Source of the DNA: Eledone cirrhosa
Lineage: Eukaryota
Direction: 5' to 3'
Length of the DNA stretch: 64,000 nucleotides
Assembly: GCA_964016885.1 (NCBI GenBank)
Contig: OZ024741.1
Span: 4,216,001 to 4,280,000, forward strand
The translations under genes and the position numbers were made by a program. Under the pieces are notes generated by a model, which was not told the DNA's origin, searched no databases, and was given only the letters and a program-made list of their open reading frames with translations. Below, piece after piece: positions 27,091 to 40,300 of the stretch; position 1 is the stretch's first letter; every line of letters starts with the position of its first letter.

Positions 27091-30000
27091 TCAGAGATAG
27101 TTGGTGTGATGTAGTAACTAGTAACCTACTGTAGGACTGTCAGAGATAGTTGGTGTGATGTAGGAACTAGTAACCTACTGTTGTAGTATCAGAGATAGTT
27201 ACTGTGATGTAGGAAGTAGTAACCTACTGTAGGACTATCAGAGATAGTTAGTGTGATGTAGGAACTAGTAACCTACTGTTGGACTATCAGAGTTAGTTGG
27301 TGGGTTGTAGGAACTAGTAACCTAGTGTAAGACTATTAGAGATAGTTGGTGTGATGTAGGAACTAGTAACCTACTGTAGGACTATCAGAGATAGTCACTG
27401 TGATGTATGAACTACTAACCTACTGTAGGACTATCAGAGATAGTTACTGTGATGTAGGAACTAGTAACCTACTGTTGGACTATCACTGATAGTTGGTGGG
27501 TTGTAGGAACTAGTAACCTAGTGTAGGACTATTAGAGATAGTTGGTGTGATGTAGGAACTAGTAACCTACTGTAGGAGTATCAGAGATAGTTGGTGTGAT
27601 GAAGGAACTAGTAACCTACCTTTGGACTATCAGAGATAGTCACTGTGATGTATGAACTAGTAACCTACTGTAGGACTATCAGAGATAGTTACTGTGATGT
27701 AGGAACTAGTAACCTACTGTTGGACTATCAGAGATAGTTACTGTGATGTAGGAACTAGTAACCTAGTGTAGGACTATCAGAGATAGTTACTGTGATGTAG
27801 GAACTAGTAACCTACTGTAGGCCTATCAGAGATAGTTGGTGTGATGAAGGATCTAGTAACCTACTGTTGGACTATCAGAGATAGTTACTGTGATGTAGGA
27901 ACTAGTAACCTACTGTTGGACTATCAGAGATAGTTGGTGTGATGTAGGAACTAGTAACCTACTGTAGGACTGTCAGAGATAGTTGGTGCAATGTAGGAAC
28001 ATGTGACCTACTGTAGGACTATCAGAGATAGTTACTGTGATGTAGGAACTAGTAACCTACTGTAGGACTATCAGAGATAGTTGGTGTGATGTAGGAACTA
28101 GTAACCTACTGTAGGACTATCAGAGATAGTTGGTGTGATGTAGGAACTAGTAACCTACTGTAGGACTATCACAGATAGTTACCATGATGTTGGAACTAGA
28201 AACCTACTGTAGGACTATCAAAGATAGTTGGTGTGATGTAGGAACTAGTAACCTACTGTAGGACTGTCAGAGATAGTTGGTGTGATCTAAGAACTAGTAA
28301 CCTACTGTTGGACTATCAGAGATAGTTGGTGTGATGTAGGAACTAGTAACCTACTGTTGTAGTATCAGAGATAGTTGGTGTGATGTAGGAACTAGTAACC
28401 TACTGTAGGACTGTCAGAGATAGTTGGTGTGATGTAGGAACTTGTAACCTACTGTAGGACTGTCAGAGATAGTTGGTGAGATGTAGGAACTAGTAACCTA
28501 CTGTTGTAGTATCAGAGATAGTTGGTGTGATGTAGGAACTAGTAACCTACTGTTGGACTATCAGAGATAGTTGGTGTGATGTAGGAACTAGTAACCTACT
28601 GTAGGACTATTAGAGATAGTTGGTGTAATGTAGGCACTAGTAACCTACTGTAGGACTATCAGAGATAGTTGGTGTGATGTAGAAACTAGTAACCTACTGT
28701 TGGACTATCAGAGATAGTTGGTGTGTTGTAGGAACTAGTAACCTAGTGTAGGACTATCAGAGATAGTTACTGTGATGTAGGAACTAGTAACGTAGTGTAG
28801 GACTATCAGAGATAGTTACTGTGATGTAGAAACTAGTAAACGACTGTTGGACTATTAGAGATAGTTGGTGTGATGTAGCAACTAGTAACCTACTGTAGGA
28901 CTATTAGAGATAGTTGGTGTGATGTAGGAACTAGTAACCAACTGTAGGAGTATCAGAGATAGTTGGTGTGATGAAGGAACTATTAACCTACCTTTGGACT
29001 ATCAGAGATAGTCACAGTGATGTATGAACTAGTAACCTACTGTAGGACTATCAGAGATAGTTACTGTGATGTAGGAACTAGTAACCTACAGTTGGACTAT
29101 CAGAGATAGTTACTGTGATGTAGGAACTAGTAACCTAGTGTAGGACTATCAGAGATAGTTACTGTGATGTAGGAACTAGTAACCTAGTGTAGGACTATCA
29201 GAGATAGTTACTGTGATGTAGAAACTAGTAACCTACTGTTGGACTATCAGAGATAGTTGGTGTGATGTAGGAACTACCAACCTACTGTAGGACTATCAGA
29301 GATAGTTTCTGTGATGTTGGAACTAGTAACCTACTGTTGGACAATCAGAGATAATTACTGTGATGTAGGAACTAGTAACCTACTGTTGGACTATCGGAGA
29401 TAGTTACTTTGATGTAGGAACTAGTAACCTACTGTTGGACTATCAGAGATAGTTGGTGATGTAGCAACTAGTAACCTACTGTAGGGCTATCAGAGATAGT
29501 TGCTATCATGTAGGAACTAGTAACTTACTGTTGGACTATCAGAGATAGTTGGTATGATGTAGGAACTAGTAACCTACTGTAGGACAATCAGAGATAGTTG
29601 GTGTGATGTAGGAACTAGTAACCTACTGTAGGACTATCAGAGATAGTTGGTGTGATGTAGGAACTAGTAACCTACTGTAGGACTATCACAGATAGTTACT
29701 GTGATGTAGGAACTAGTAACCTACTGTAGGACTATCAGAGATAGTTGGTGTGATGTAGGAACTAGTAACCTACTGTAGGACTGTCAGAGATAGTTGGTGT
29801 GATGTAGGAACTAGTAACCTACTGTTGGACTATCAGAGATAGTTTGTGTGATTTAGGAACTAGTAACCTACTGTTGTAGTATCAGAGATAGTTGGTGTGA
29901 TGTAGGAACTAGTAACCTACTGTAGGACTGTCAGAGATAGTTGGTGTGATGTAGGAACTAGTAACCTACTGTAGGACTGTCAGAGATAGTTGGTGAGATG

Positions 30001-31399
30001 TAGGAACTAGTAACCTACTGTTGTAGTATCAGAGATAGTTGGTGTGATGTAGGAACTAGTAACCTACTGTTGGACTATCAGAGATAGTTGGTGTGATGTA
30101 GGAACTAGTAACCTACTGTAGGACTATTAGAGATAGTTGGTGTAATGTAGGCACTAGTAACCTACTGTAGGACTATCAGAGATAGTTGGTGTGATGTAGA
30201 AACTAGTATCCTACTGTTGGACTATCAGAGATAGTTACTGTGATGTAGGAACTAGTAACCTACCGTTGGACTATCACTGATAGTTGGTGTGTTGTAGGAA
30301 CTAGTAACCTAGTGTAGGACTATTAGAGATAGTTGGTGTGATGTAGCAACTAGTAACCTACTGTAGGACTATCAGAGATCGTTACTGTGATGTAGAAACT
30401 AGTAACCTACTGTTGGACTATTAGAGATAGTTGATGTGATGTAGCAACTAGTAACCTACTGTAGTACTATTAGAGATAGTTGGTGTGATGTAGGAACTAG
30501 TAACCTACTGTAGGAGTATCAGAGATAGATGGTGTGATGAAGGAACTAGTAACCTACCTTTGGACTATCAGAGATAGTCACTGTGATGTATGAACTAGTA
30601 ACCTACTGTAGGACTATCAGAGATAGTTACTGTGATGTAGGAACTAGTAAGCTACTGTTGGACTATCAGAGATAGTTACTGTGATGTAGGAACTAGTAAC
30701 CTAGTGTAGGACTATCAGAGATAGTTACTGTGATGTAGGAACTAGTAACCTTGTGTAGGACTATCAGAGATAGTTACTGTGATGTAGAAACTAGTAACCT
30801 ACTGTAGGACTGTCAGAGATAGTTGGTGTGATCTAGGAACTAGTAACCTACTGTAGGACTATCAGAGATAGTTTCTGTGATGTTGGAACTAGTAACCTAC
30901 TGTTGGACAATCAGAGATAATTAATGTGATGTAGGAACTAGTAACCTACTGTCGGACTATCGGAGATAGTTACTTTGATGTAGGAACTAGTAACCTACTG
31001 TTGGACTATCAGAGATAGTTGGTAGGATGTAGGAACTAGTAACCTACTGTAGGACTATCAGAGATAGTTGGTGTGATGTAGGAACTAGTAACCTACTGTA
31101 GGCCTATCAGAGTTAGTTACTGTGATGTAGAAACTAGTAACCTACTGTAGGACTATCAGAGATAGTTACTGTGATGTAGGAACTAGTAACCTACTGTTGG
31201 ACTATCAGAGATAGTTACTGTGATGTAGGAACTAGTAACCTACTGTACGACTATCAGAGATAGTTACTGTGATGTAGGAACTAGTAACCTACTCTAGGAC
31301 TATCAGAGATAGTTACTGTGATGTAGGAACTAGTAACCTACTGTAGGACTATCAGAGATAGTTACTGTGATGTAAGAACTAGTAAACTACTGTTGGACA

Positions 31400-34300
31400 A
31401 TCAGAGATAGTTACTGTGATGTAGGAACTAGTAACCTACTGTTGGACAATCAGAGATAGTTGGTGTGATGTAGGAACTAGTAACCTAATGTAGGACTATC
31501 AGAGATAGTTACTGTGATCTAAGAACTAGTAACCTACTGTAGGACTATCAGAGATAGTTGGTGTGACGTAGGAACTAGCAACCTACTGTAGGCCTATCAG
31601 AGTTAGTTACTGTGATGTAGGAACTAGTAACCTACTGTTGGACTATCAGAGATAGTTGGTGTGATGAAGGAACTAGTAACCTAATGTAGGACTATCAGAG
31701 ATAGTTACTGTGATCTAAGAACTAGTAACCTACTGTAGGACTATCAGAGATAGTTACTGTGATGTAGGAACTAGTAACCTACAGTTAGACTATCAGAGAT
31801 AGTTGGTGTGATGTAGGAACTAGTAACCTAATGTAGGACTATCAGAGATAGTTACTGTGATCTAGGAACTAGTAACCTACTGTAGGACTATCAGAGATAG
31901 TTTCTTATGATGTAGGAACTAATAACCTACTGTTGGACTATCAGAGATAGTTGGTGTGATGTAGGAACTAGTAACCTACTGTAGGACTATCAGAGATAGT
32001 TGGTGTAATGTAGGAACTAGTAACCTACTGTAGGACTGTCAGAGATAGTTGGTGTGATGTAGGAACTAGCAACCTACTGTAGGACTGTCAGAGTTAGTTG
32101 GTGTGATGTAGGAACTAGTAACCTACTGTAGGACTATCAGAGATAGTTGGTGTGATGTAGGAACTAGTAACCTACTGTAGAACTATCAGAGATAGTTGGT
32201 GTGATGTAGGAACTAGTAACCTACTGTAGGACTATCAGAGATAGTTACTGTGATGTAGGAACTAGTAACCTACTGTTGGACTGTCAGAGATAGTTGGGGA
32301 GACGTAGGAACTAGTAACCTACTGTTGTAGTATCAGAGATAGTTACTGTGATGTAGGAACTAGTAACCTACTGTTGGACTATCAGAGATAGTTGGTGTGC
32401 TGTAGTAACTAGTAACCTACTGTAGGACTGTCAGAGATAGTTGGTGTGATGTAGGAACTAGTAACCTACTGTTGTAGTATCATAGATAGTTACTGTGACG
32501 TAGGAACTAGTAACCTACTGTAGGACTATCAGAGATAGTTGGTGTGATGTAGGAACTAGTAACCTACTGTTAGACTATCAGAGATAGTTGTTGGGTTGTA
32601 GGAACTAGTAAACTAGTGTAGGACTATTAGAGATAGTTGGTGTGATGTATGAACTAGTAACCTACTGTAGGACTATCAGAGATAGTTACTGTGATGTAGG
32701 AACCAGTAACCTACTGTTGGACTATCACTGATAGTTGGTGGGTTGTAGGAACTAGTAACCTAGTGTAGGACTATTAGAGATAGTTGGTGTGATGTAGGAA
32801 CTAGTAACCTACTGTAGGAGTATCAGAGATAGTTGGTGTGATGAAGGAACTAGTAACCTACCTTTGGACTATCAGAGATTGTCACTGTGATGTATGAACT
32901 AGTAACCTACTGTAGGACTATCAGAGATAGTTACTGTGATGTAGGAACTAGTAACCTACTGTTGGACTATCAGAGATAGTTACTGTGATGTAGGAACTAG
33001 TAACCTACTGTAGGCCTTTCAGAGATAGTTGGTGTGATGAAGGATCTAGTAACCTACTGTTGGACTATCAGAGATAGTTACTGTGATGTAGGAACTAGTA
33101 ACCTACTGTTGGACTATCAGAGATAGTTGGTGTGATGTAGAAACTAGTAACCTACTGTTGGACTATCAGAGATAGTTACTGTGATGTAGGAACTAGTAAC
33201 CTACTGTAGGACTATCAGAGATAGTTACTGTGATGTAGGAACTAGTAACCTACTGTAGGACTATCAGAGATAGTTACTGTGATGTAGGAACTAGTAACCT
33301 ACTGTTGGACTATCAGAGATAGTTACTGTGATGTAGGAACTAGTAACCTTGTGTAAAACTATCAGAGATAGTTACTGTGATGTAAGAACTAGTAACCTAC
33401 TGTTGGACTATGAGAGATAGTTACTGTGATGTAGGAAATAGTAATCTACTGTAGGACTATCAGAGATAGTTACTGTGATGTAGGAACTAGTAACCTTGTG
33501 TAAAACTATCAGAGATAGTTACTGTGATGTAAGAACTAGTAACCTACTGTTGGACTATCAGAGATAGTTTCTGGGATGTAGGAACTAGTAACCTACTGTT
33601 GGACTATCAGAGATAGTTACTGGGATGTAGTAAATAGTAATCTACTGTTGGACTATCAGAGATAGTTACTGTGATGTAGGAACTAGTAACCTACTGTAGG
33701 ACTATCAGAGATAGTTGCTGTGATGCAGGAACTAGTAACCTACTGTAGGACTATCAGAGATAGTTACTGTGATGTAGGAACTAGTAACCTACTGTAGGAC
33801 TGTCAGAGATAGTTACTGTGATGTAGCAACTAGTAATCTACTGTTGGACTATCAGAGATAGTTACTGTGATGTAGGAACTAGTAACCTACTATAGGACTA
33901 TCAGAGATAGTTACTGTGATGTGAGAACTAGTAACCTACTGTAGGACTATCAGAGATAGTTACTGTGATGTAGGAACTAGTAACCTACTGTAGGCCTATC
34001 AGAGATAGTTGGTGTGATGAAGGATCTAGTAACCTACTGTTGGACTATCGGAGATAGTTACCGGGATGTAGGAACTAGTAACCTACTGTTGTAGTATCAG
34101 AGATAGTTGGTGTGATGTAGGAACTAGTAACCTACTGTTGGACTATCAGAGATAGTTGGTGTGATGTAGGAACTAGTAACCTACTGTAGGACTATCAGAG
34201 ATAGTTGGTGTGATGTAGGAACTAGTAACCTACTGTAGGACTATCAGAGATAGTTGGTGTGATGTAGGAACTAGTAGCCTGCTGTAGGACTATAAGAGAT

Positions 34301-37300
34301 AGTTGGTGTGATGTAGGAACTAGTAACCTACTGTTGGACTATCAGAGATAGTTGGTGTAATGTAAGAACTAGTAACCTACTGTAGGACTATCAGAGATAG
34401 TTATTGTGATCTAAGAACTAATAAACTAGTGTTGGACTATCAGAGATAGTTGGTGTGATGTAGGAACTAGTAATCTACTGTAGGACTATCAGAGATAGTT
34501 GTTGTGATGTATGAACTAGTAACCTACTGTTGGACTATCAGAGATAGCTGGTGATGTAGGAACTAGTAACCTACTGTAGGACTATCAGAGATAGTTACTG
34601 TGATGTAGGAACTAGTAACCTACTGTAGGACTATCAGAGATAGTTTCTGTGATGTAAGAACTAGTAACCTACTGTAGGACTATCAGAGATAGTTGGTGTG
34701 ATGTAGGAACTAGTAACCTACTGTAGGACTATCAGTGATAGTTGTTGTGATGTATGAACTAGTAACCTACTGTTGGACTATCAGAGATAGTTACTGTCAT
34801 GTAGGAACTAGTAACCTACTGTAGGACTATCAGAGATAGTTGCTGTGATGCAGGAACTAGTAACCTACTGTAGGCCTATCAGAGATAGTTACTGTGATAT
34901 AGGAACTAGTAACCTACTGTTGGACTATCAGAGATAGTTACTGTGATGTAAGAACTAATAACCTACTGTATGACTATCAGAGATAGTTGGTGTGATGTAG
35001 GAACTAGTAACCTACTGTAGGACTATGAGAGATAGTTGCTGTGATGCAGGAACTAGTAACCTACCGTAGGACTATCAGAGATAGTACTGTGATATAGGAA
35101 CTAGTAACCTACTGTTGGACTATCAGAGATAGTTACTGTGATGTAGGAACTAGTAACCTAATGTAGGACTATCAGAGATAGTTTCTGTGATGTAAGAACT
35201 AGTAACCTACTGTAGGACTATCAGAGATAGTTGGTGTGATGTAGGAACTAGTAACCTACTGTAGGACTATCAGTGATAGTTGTTGTGATGTATGAACTAG
35301 TAACCTACTGTTGGACTATCAGAGATAGTTACTGTCATGTAGGAACTAGTAACCTACTGTAGGACTATCAGAGATAGTTGCTGTGATGCAGGAACTAGTA
35401 ACCTACTGTAGGCCTATCAGAGATAGTTACTGTGATATAGGAACTAGTAACCTACTATAGGACTATCAGAGATAGTTACTGTGATGTAAGAACTAGTAAC
35501 CTACTGTAGGACTATCAGAGATAGTTACTGTGATGTAGGAACTACTAACCTACTGTAGGACTATCAGAGATATTTACTGTAATGAAGAACTAGTAACCTA
35601 CTGTTGGACTATCGGAGATAGTTACCGGGATGTAGGAACTAGTAACCTACTGTTGTAGTATCAGAGATAGTTGGTGTGATGTAGGAACTAGTAACCTACT
35701 GTTGGACTATCAGAGATAGTTGGTGTGATGTAGGAACTAGTAACCTACTGTAGGACTATCAGAGATAGTTGGTGTGATGTAGGAACTAGTAACCTACTGT
35801 AGGACTATCAGAGATAGTTGGTGTGATGTAGGAACTAGTAGCCTGCTGTAGGACTATAAGAGATAGTTGGTGTGATGTAAGGACTAGTAACCTACTGTAG
35901 GATTATCAGAGATAGTTGGTGTGATGTAGGAACTAGTAACCTACTGTTGGACTATCAGAGATAGTTGGTGTAATGTAAGAACTAGTAACCTACTGTAGGA
36001 CTATCAGAGATAGTTATTGTGATCTAAGAACTAATAAACTAGTGTTGGACTATCAGAGATAGTTGGTGTGATGTAAGAACTAGTAATCTACTGTAGGACT
36101 ATCAGAGATAGTTGTTGTGATGTATGAACTAGTAACCTACTGTTGGACTATCAGAGATAGCTGGTGATGTAGGAACTAGTAACCTACTGTAGGACTATCA
36201 GAGATAGTTACTGTGATGTAGGAACTAGTAACCTACTGTTGGACTATCAGAGATAGTTTCTGTGATGTAAGAACTAGTAACCTACTGTAGGACTATCAGA
36301 GATAGTTGGTGTGATGTAGGAACTAGTAACCTACTGTAGGACTATCAGTGATAGTTGTTGTGATGTATGAACTAGTAACCTACTGTTGGACTATCAGAGA
36401 TAGTTACTGTCATGTAGGAACTAGTAACCTACTGTAGGACTATCAGAGATAGTTGCTGTGATGCAGGAACTAGTAACCTACTGTAGGCCTATCAGAGATA
36501 GTTACTGTGATATAGGAACTAGTAACCTACTGTTGGACTATCAGAGATAGTTACTGTGATGTAAGAACTAATAACCTACTGTATGACTATCAGAGATAGT
36601 TGGTGTGATGTAGGAACTAGTAACCTACTGTAGGACTATGAGAGATAGTTGCTGTGATGCAGGAACTAGTAACCTACCGTAGGACTATCAGAGATAGTAC
36701 TGTGATATAGGAACTAGTAACCTACTGTTGGACTATCAGAGATAGTTACCGTGATGTAGGAACTAGTGACCTACTGTTGGACAATCAGAGATAATTACTG
36801 TGATGTAGGAACTAGTAACCTACTTTAGGACTATCAGAGATAGTTACTGTGATGTAGGAACTAGTAACCTAATGTAGGACTATCAGAGATAGTTACTGTG
36901 ATGTAAGAACTAGTAACCTACTGTAGGACTATCAGAGATAGTTACTGTGATGTAGGAACTAGTAACCTACTGTTGGACTATCAGAGATAGTTACTGTGAT
37001 GTAGGAACTAGTAACCTAGTGTAGGACTATCAGAGATAGTTACTGTGATGTAGGAACTAGTAACCTACTGTAGGCCTATCAGAGATAGTTGGTGTGATGA
37101 AGGATCTAGTAACCTACTGTTGGACTATCAGAGATAGTTACTGTGATGTAGGAACTAGTAACCTACTGTTGGACTATCAGAGATAGTTGGTGTGATGTAG
37201 AAACTAGTAACCTACTGTTGGACTATCAGAGATAGTTACTGTGATGTAGGAACTAGTAACCTACTGTAGGACTATCAGAGATAGTTACTGTGATGTAGGA

Positions 37301-40300
37301 ACTAGTAACCTACTGTAGGACTATCAGAGATAGTTACTGTGATGTAGGAACTAGTAACCTACTGTTGGACTATCAGAGATAGTTACTGTGATGTAGGAAC
37401 TAGTAACCTTGTGTAAAACTATCAGAGATAGTTACTGTGATGTAAGAACTAGTAACCTACTGTTGGCCTATGAGAGATAGTTACTGTGATGTAGGAAATA
37501 GTAATCTACTGTAGGACTATCATAGATAGTTACTGGGATGTAGGAACTAGTAACCTACTGTTGGACTATCAGTGATAGTTATTGGGATGTAGGAAATAGT
37601 AATCTACTGTTGGACTATCAGAGATAGTTACTGTGATGTAGGAACTAGTAACCTACTGTTGGACAATCAGAGATAGTTGGTGTGATGTAGGAACTAGTAA
37701 CCTAATGTAGGACTATCAGAGATAGTTACTGTGATCTAAGAACTAGTAACCTACTGTAGGACTATCAGAGATAGTTGGTGTGACGTAGGAACTAGCAACC
37801 TACTGTAGGCCTATCAGAGTTAGTTACTGTGATGTAGGAACTAGTAACCTACTGTTGGACTATCAGAGATAGTTGGTGTGATGAAGGAACTAGTAACCTA
37901 ATGTAGGACTATCAGAGATAGTTACTGTGATCTAAGAACTAGTAACCTACTGTAGGACTATCAGAGATAGTTACTGTGATGTAGGAACTAGTAACCTACA
38001 GTTAGACTATCAGAGATAGTTGGTGTGATGTAGGAACTAGTAACCTAATGTAGGACTATCAGAGATAGTTACTGTGATCTAGGAACTAGTAACCTACTGT
38101 AGGACTATCAGAGATAGTTTCTTATGATGTAGGAACTAATAACCTACTGTTGGACTATCAGAGATAGTTGGTGTGATGTAGGAACTAGTAACCTACTGTA
38201 GGACTGTCAGAGATAGTTGGTGTAATGTAGGAACTAGTAACCTACTGTAGGACTGTCAGAGATAGTTGGTGTGATGTAGGAACTAGTAACCTACTGTAGG
38301 ACTGTCAGAGTTAGTTGGTGTGATGTAGGAACTAGTAACCTACTGTAGGACTATCAGAGATAGTTGGTGTGATGTAGGAACTAGTAACCTACTGTAGAAC
38401 TATCAGAGATAGTTGGTGTGATGTAGGAACTAGTAACCTACTGTAGGACTATCAGAGATAGTTACTGTGATGTAGGAACTAGTAACCTACTGTTGGACTA
38501 TCAGAGATAGTTGGTGTGATGTAGGAACTAGTAACCTACTGTTGGACTATCAGAGATAGTTGGTGTGATGTAGGAACTAGTAACCTACTGTTGGACTATC
38601 AGAGATAGTTGGTGTGATGTAGGAACTAGTAACCTACTGTTGGACTATCAGAGATAGTTGGTGTGATGTAGGAACTAGTAACCTACTGTAGGACTGTCAG
38701 AGATAGTTGGGGAGACGTAGGAACTAGTAACCTACTGTTGTAGTATCAGAGATAGTTACTGTGATGTAGGAACTAGTAACCTACTGTTGGACTATCAGAG
38801 GTAGTTGGTGTGCTGTAGTAACTAGTAACCTACTGTAGGACTGTCAGAGATAGTTGGTGTGATGTAGGAACTAGTAACCTACTGTTGTAGTATCATAGAT
38901 AGTTACTGTGACGTAGGAACTAGTAACCTACTGTAGGACTATCAGAGATAGTTGGTGTGATGTAGGAACTAGTAACCTACTGTTAGACTATCAGAGATAG
39001 TTGTTGGGTTGTAGGAACTAGTAAACTAGTGTAGGACTATTAGAGATAGTTGGTGTGATGTATGAACTAGTAACCTACTGTAGGACTATCAGAGATAGTT
39101 ACTGTGATGTAGGAACTAGTAACCTACTGTTGGACTATCACTGATAGTTGGTGGGTTGTAGGAACTAGTAACCTAGTGTAGGACTATTAGAGATAGTTGG
39201 TGTGATGTAGGAACTAGTAACCTACTGTAGGAGTATCAGAGATAGTTGGTGTGATGAAGGAACTAGTAACCTACCTTTGGACTATCAGAGATTGTCACTG
39301 TGATGTATGAACTAGTAACCTACTGTAGGACTATCAGAGATAGTTACTGTGATGTAGGAACTAGTAACCTACTGTTGGACTATCAGAGATAGTTACTGTG
39401 ATGTAGGAACTAGTAACCTACTGTAGGCCTTTCAGAGATAGTTGGTGTGATGAAGGATCTACTAACCTACTGTTGGACTATCAGAGATAGTTACTGTGAT
39501 GTAGGAACTAGTAACCTACTGTAGGACTATCAGAGATAGTTACTGTGATGTAGGAACTAGTAACCTACTGTAGGACTATCAGGGATAGTTACTGTGATGT
39601 AGGAACTAGTAACCTACTGTTGGACTATCAGAGATAGTTACTGTGATGTAGGAACTAGTAACCTTGTGTAAAACTATCAGATATAGTTACTGTGATGTAA
39701 GAACTAGTAACCTACTGTTGGACTATGAGAGATAGTTACTGTGATGTAGGAAATAGTAATCTACTGTAGGACTATCAGAGATAGTTACTGTGATGTAGGA
39801 ACTAGTAACCTTGTGTAAAACTATCAGAGATAGTTACTGTGATGTAAGAACTAGTAACCTACTGTTGGACTATCAGAGATAGTTACTGTGATGTAGGAAC
39901 TAGTAACCTACTGTAGGACTATCAGAGATAGTTACTGTGATGTAGGAACTAGTAACCTACTGTAGGACTATCAGAGATAGTTGCTGTGATGCAGGAACTA
40001 GTAACCTACTGTAGGACTGTCAGAGATAGTTACTGTGATGTAGCAACTAGTAATCTACTGTTGGACTATCAGAGATAGTTACTGTGATGTAGGAACTAGT
40101 AAACTACTATAGGACTATCAGAGATAGTTACTGTGATGTGAGAACTAGTAACCTACTGTAGGACTATCAGAGATAGTTACTGTGATGTAGGAACTACTAA
40201 CCTACTGTAGGACTATCAGAGATATTTTCTGTAATGAAGAACTAGTAACCTACTGTTGGACTATCGGAGATAGTTACCGGGATGTAGGAACTAGTAACCT

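Noticed and set aside
34415-34430. AATAAA polyadenylation signal in CTAATAAACT variant
   Set aside because: A chance product of two substitutions in one monomer lineage, with no transcript context.
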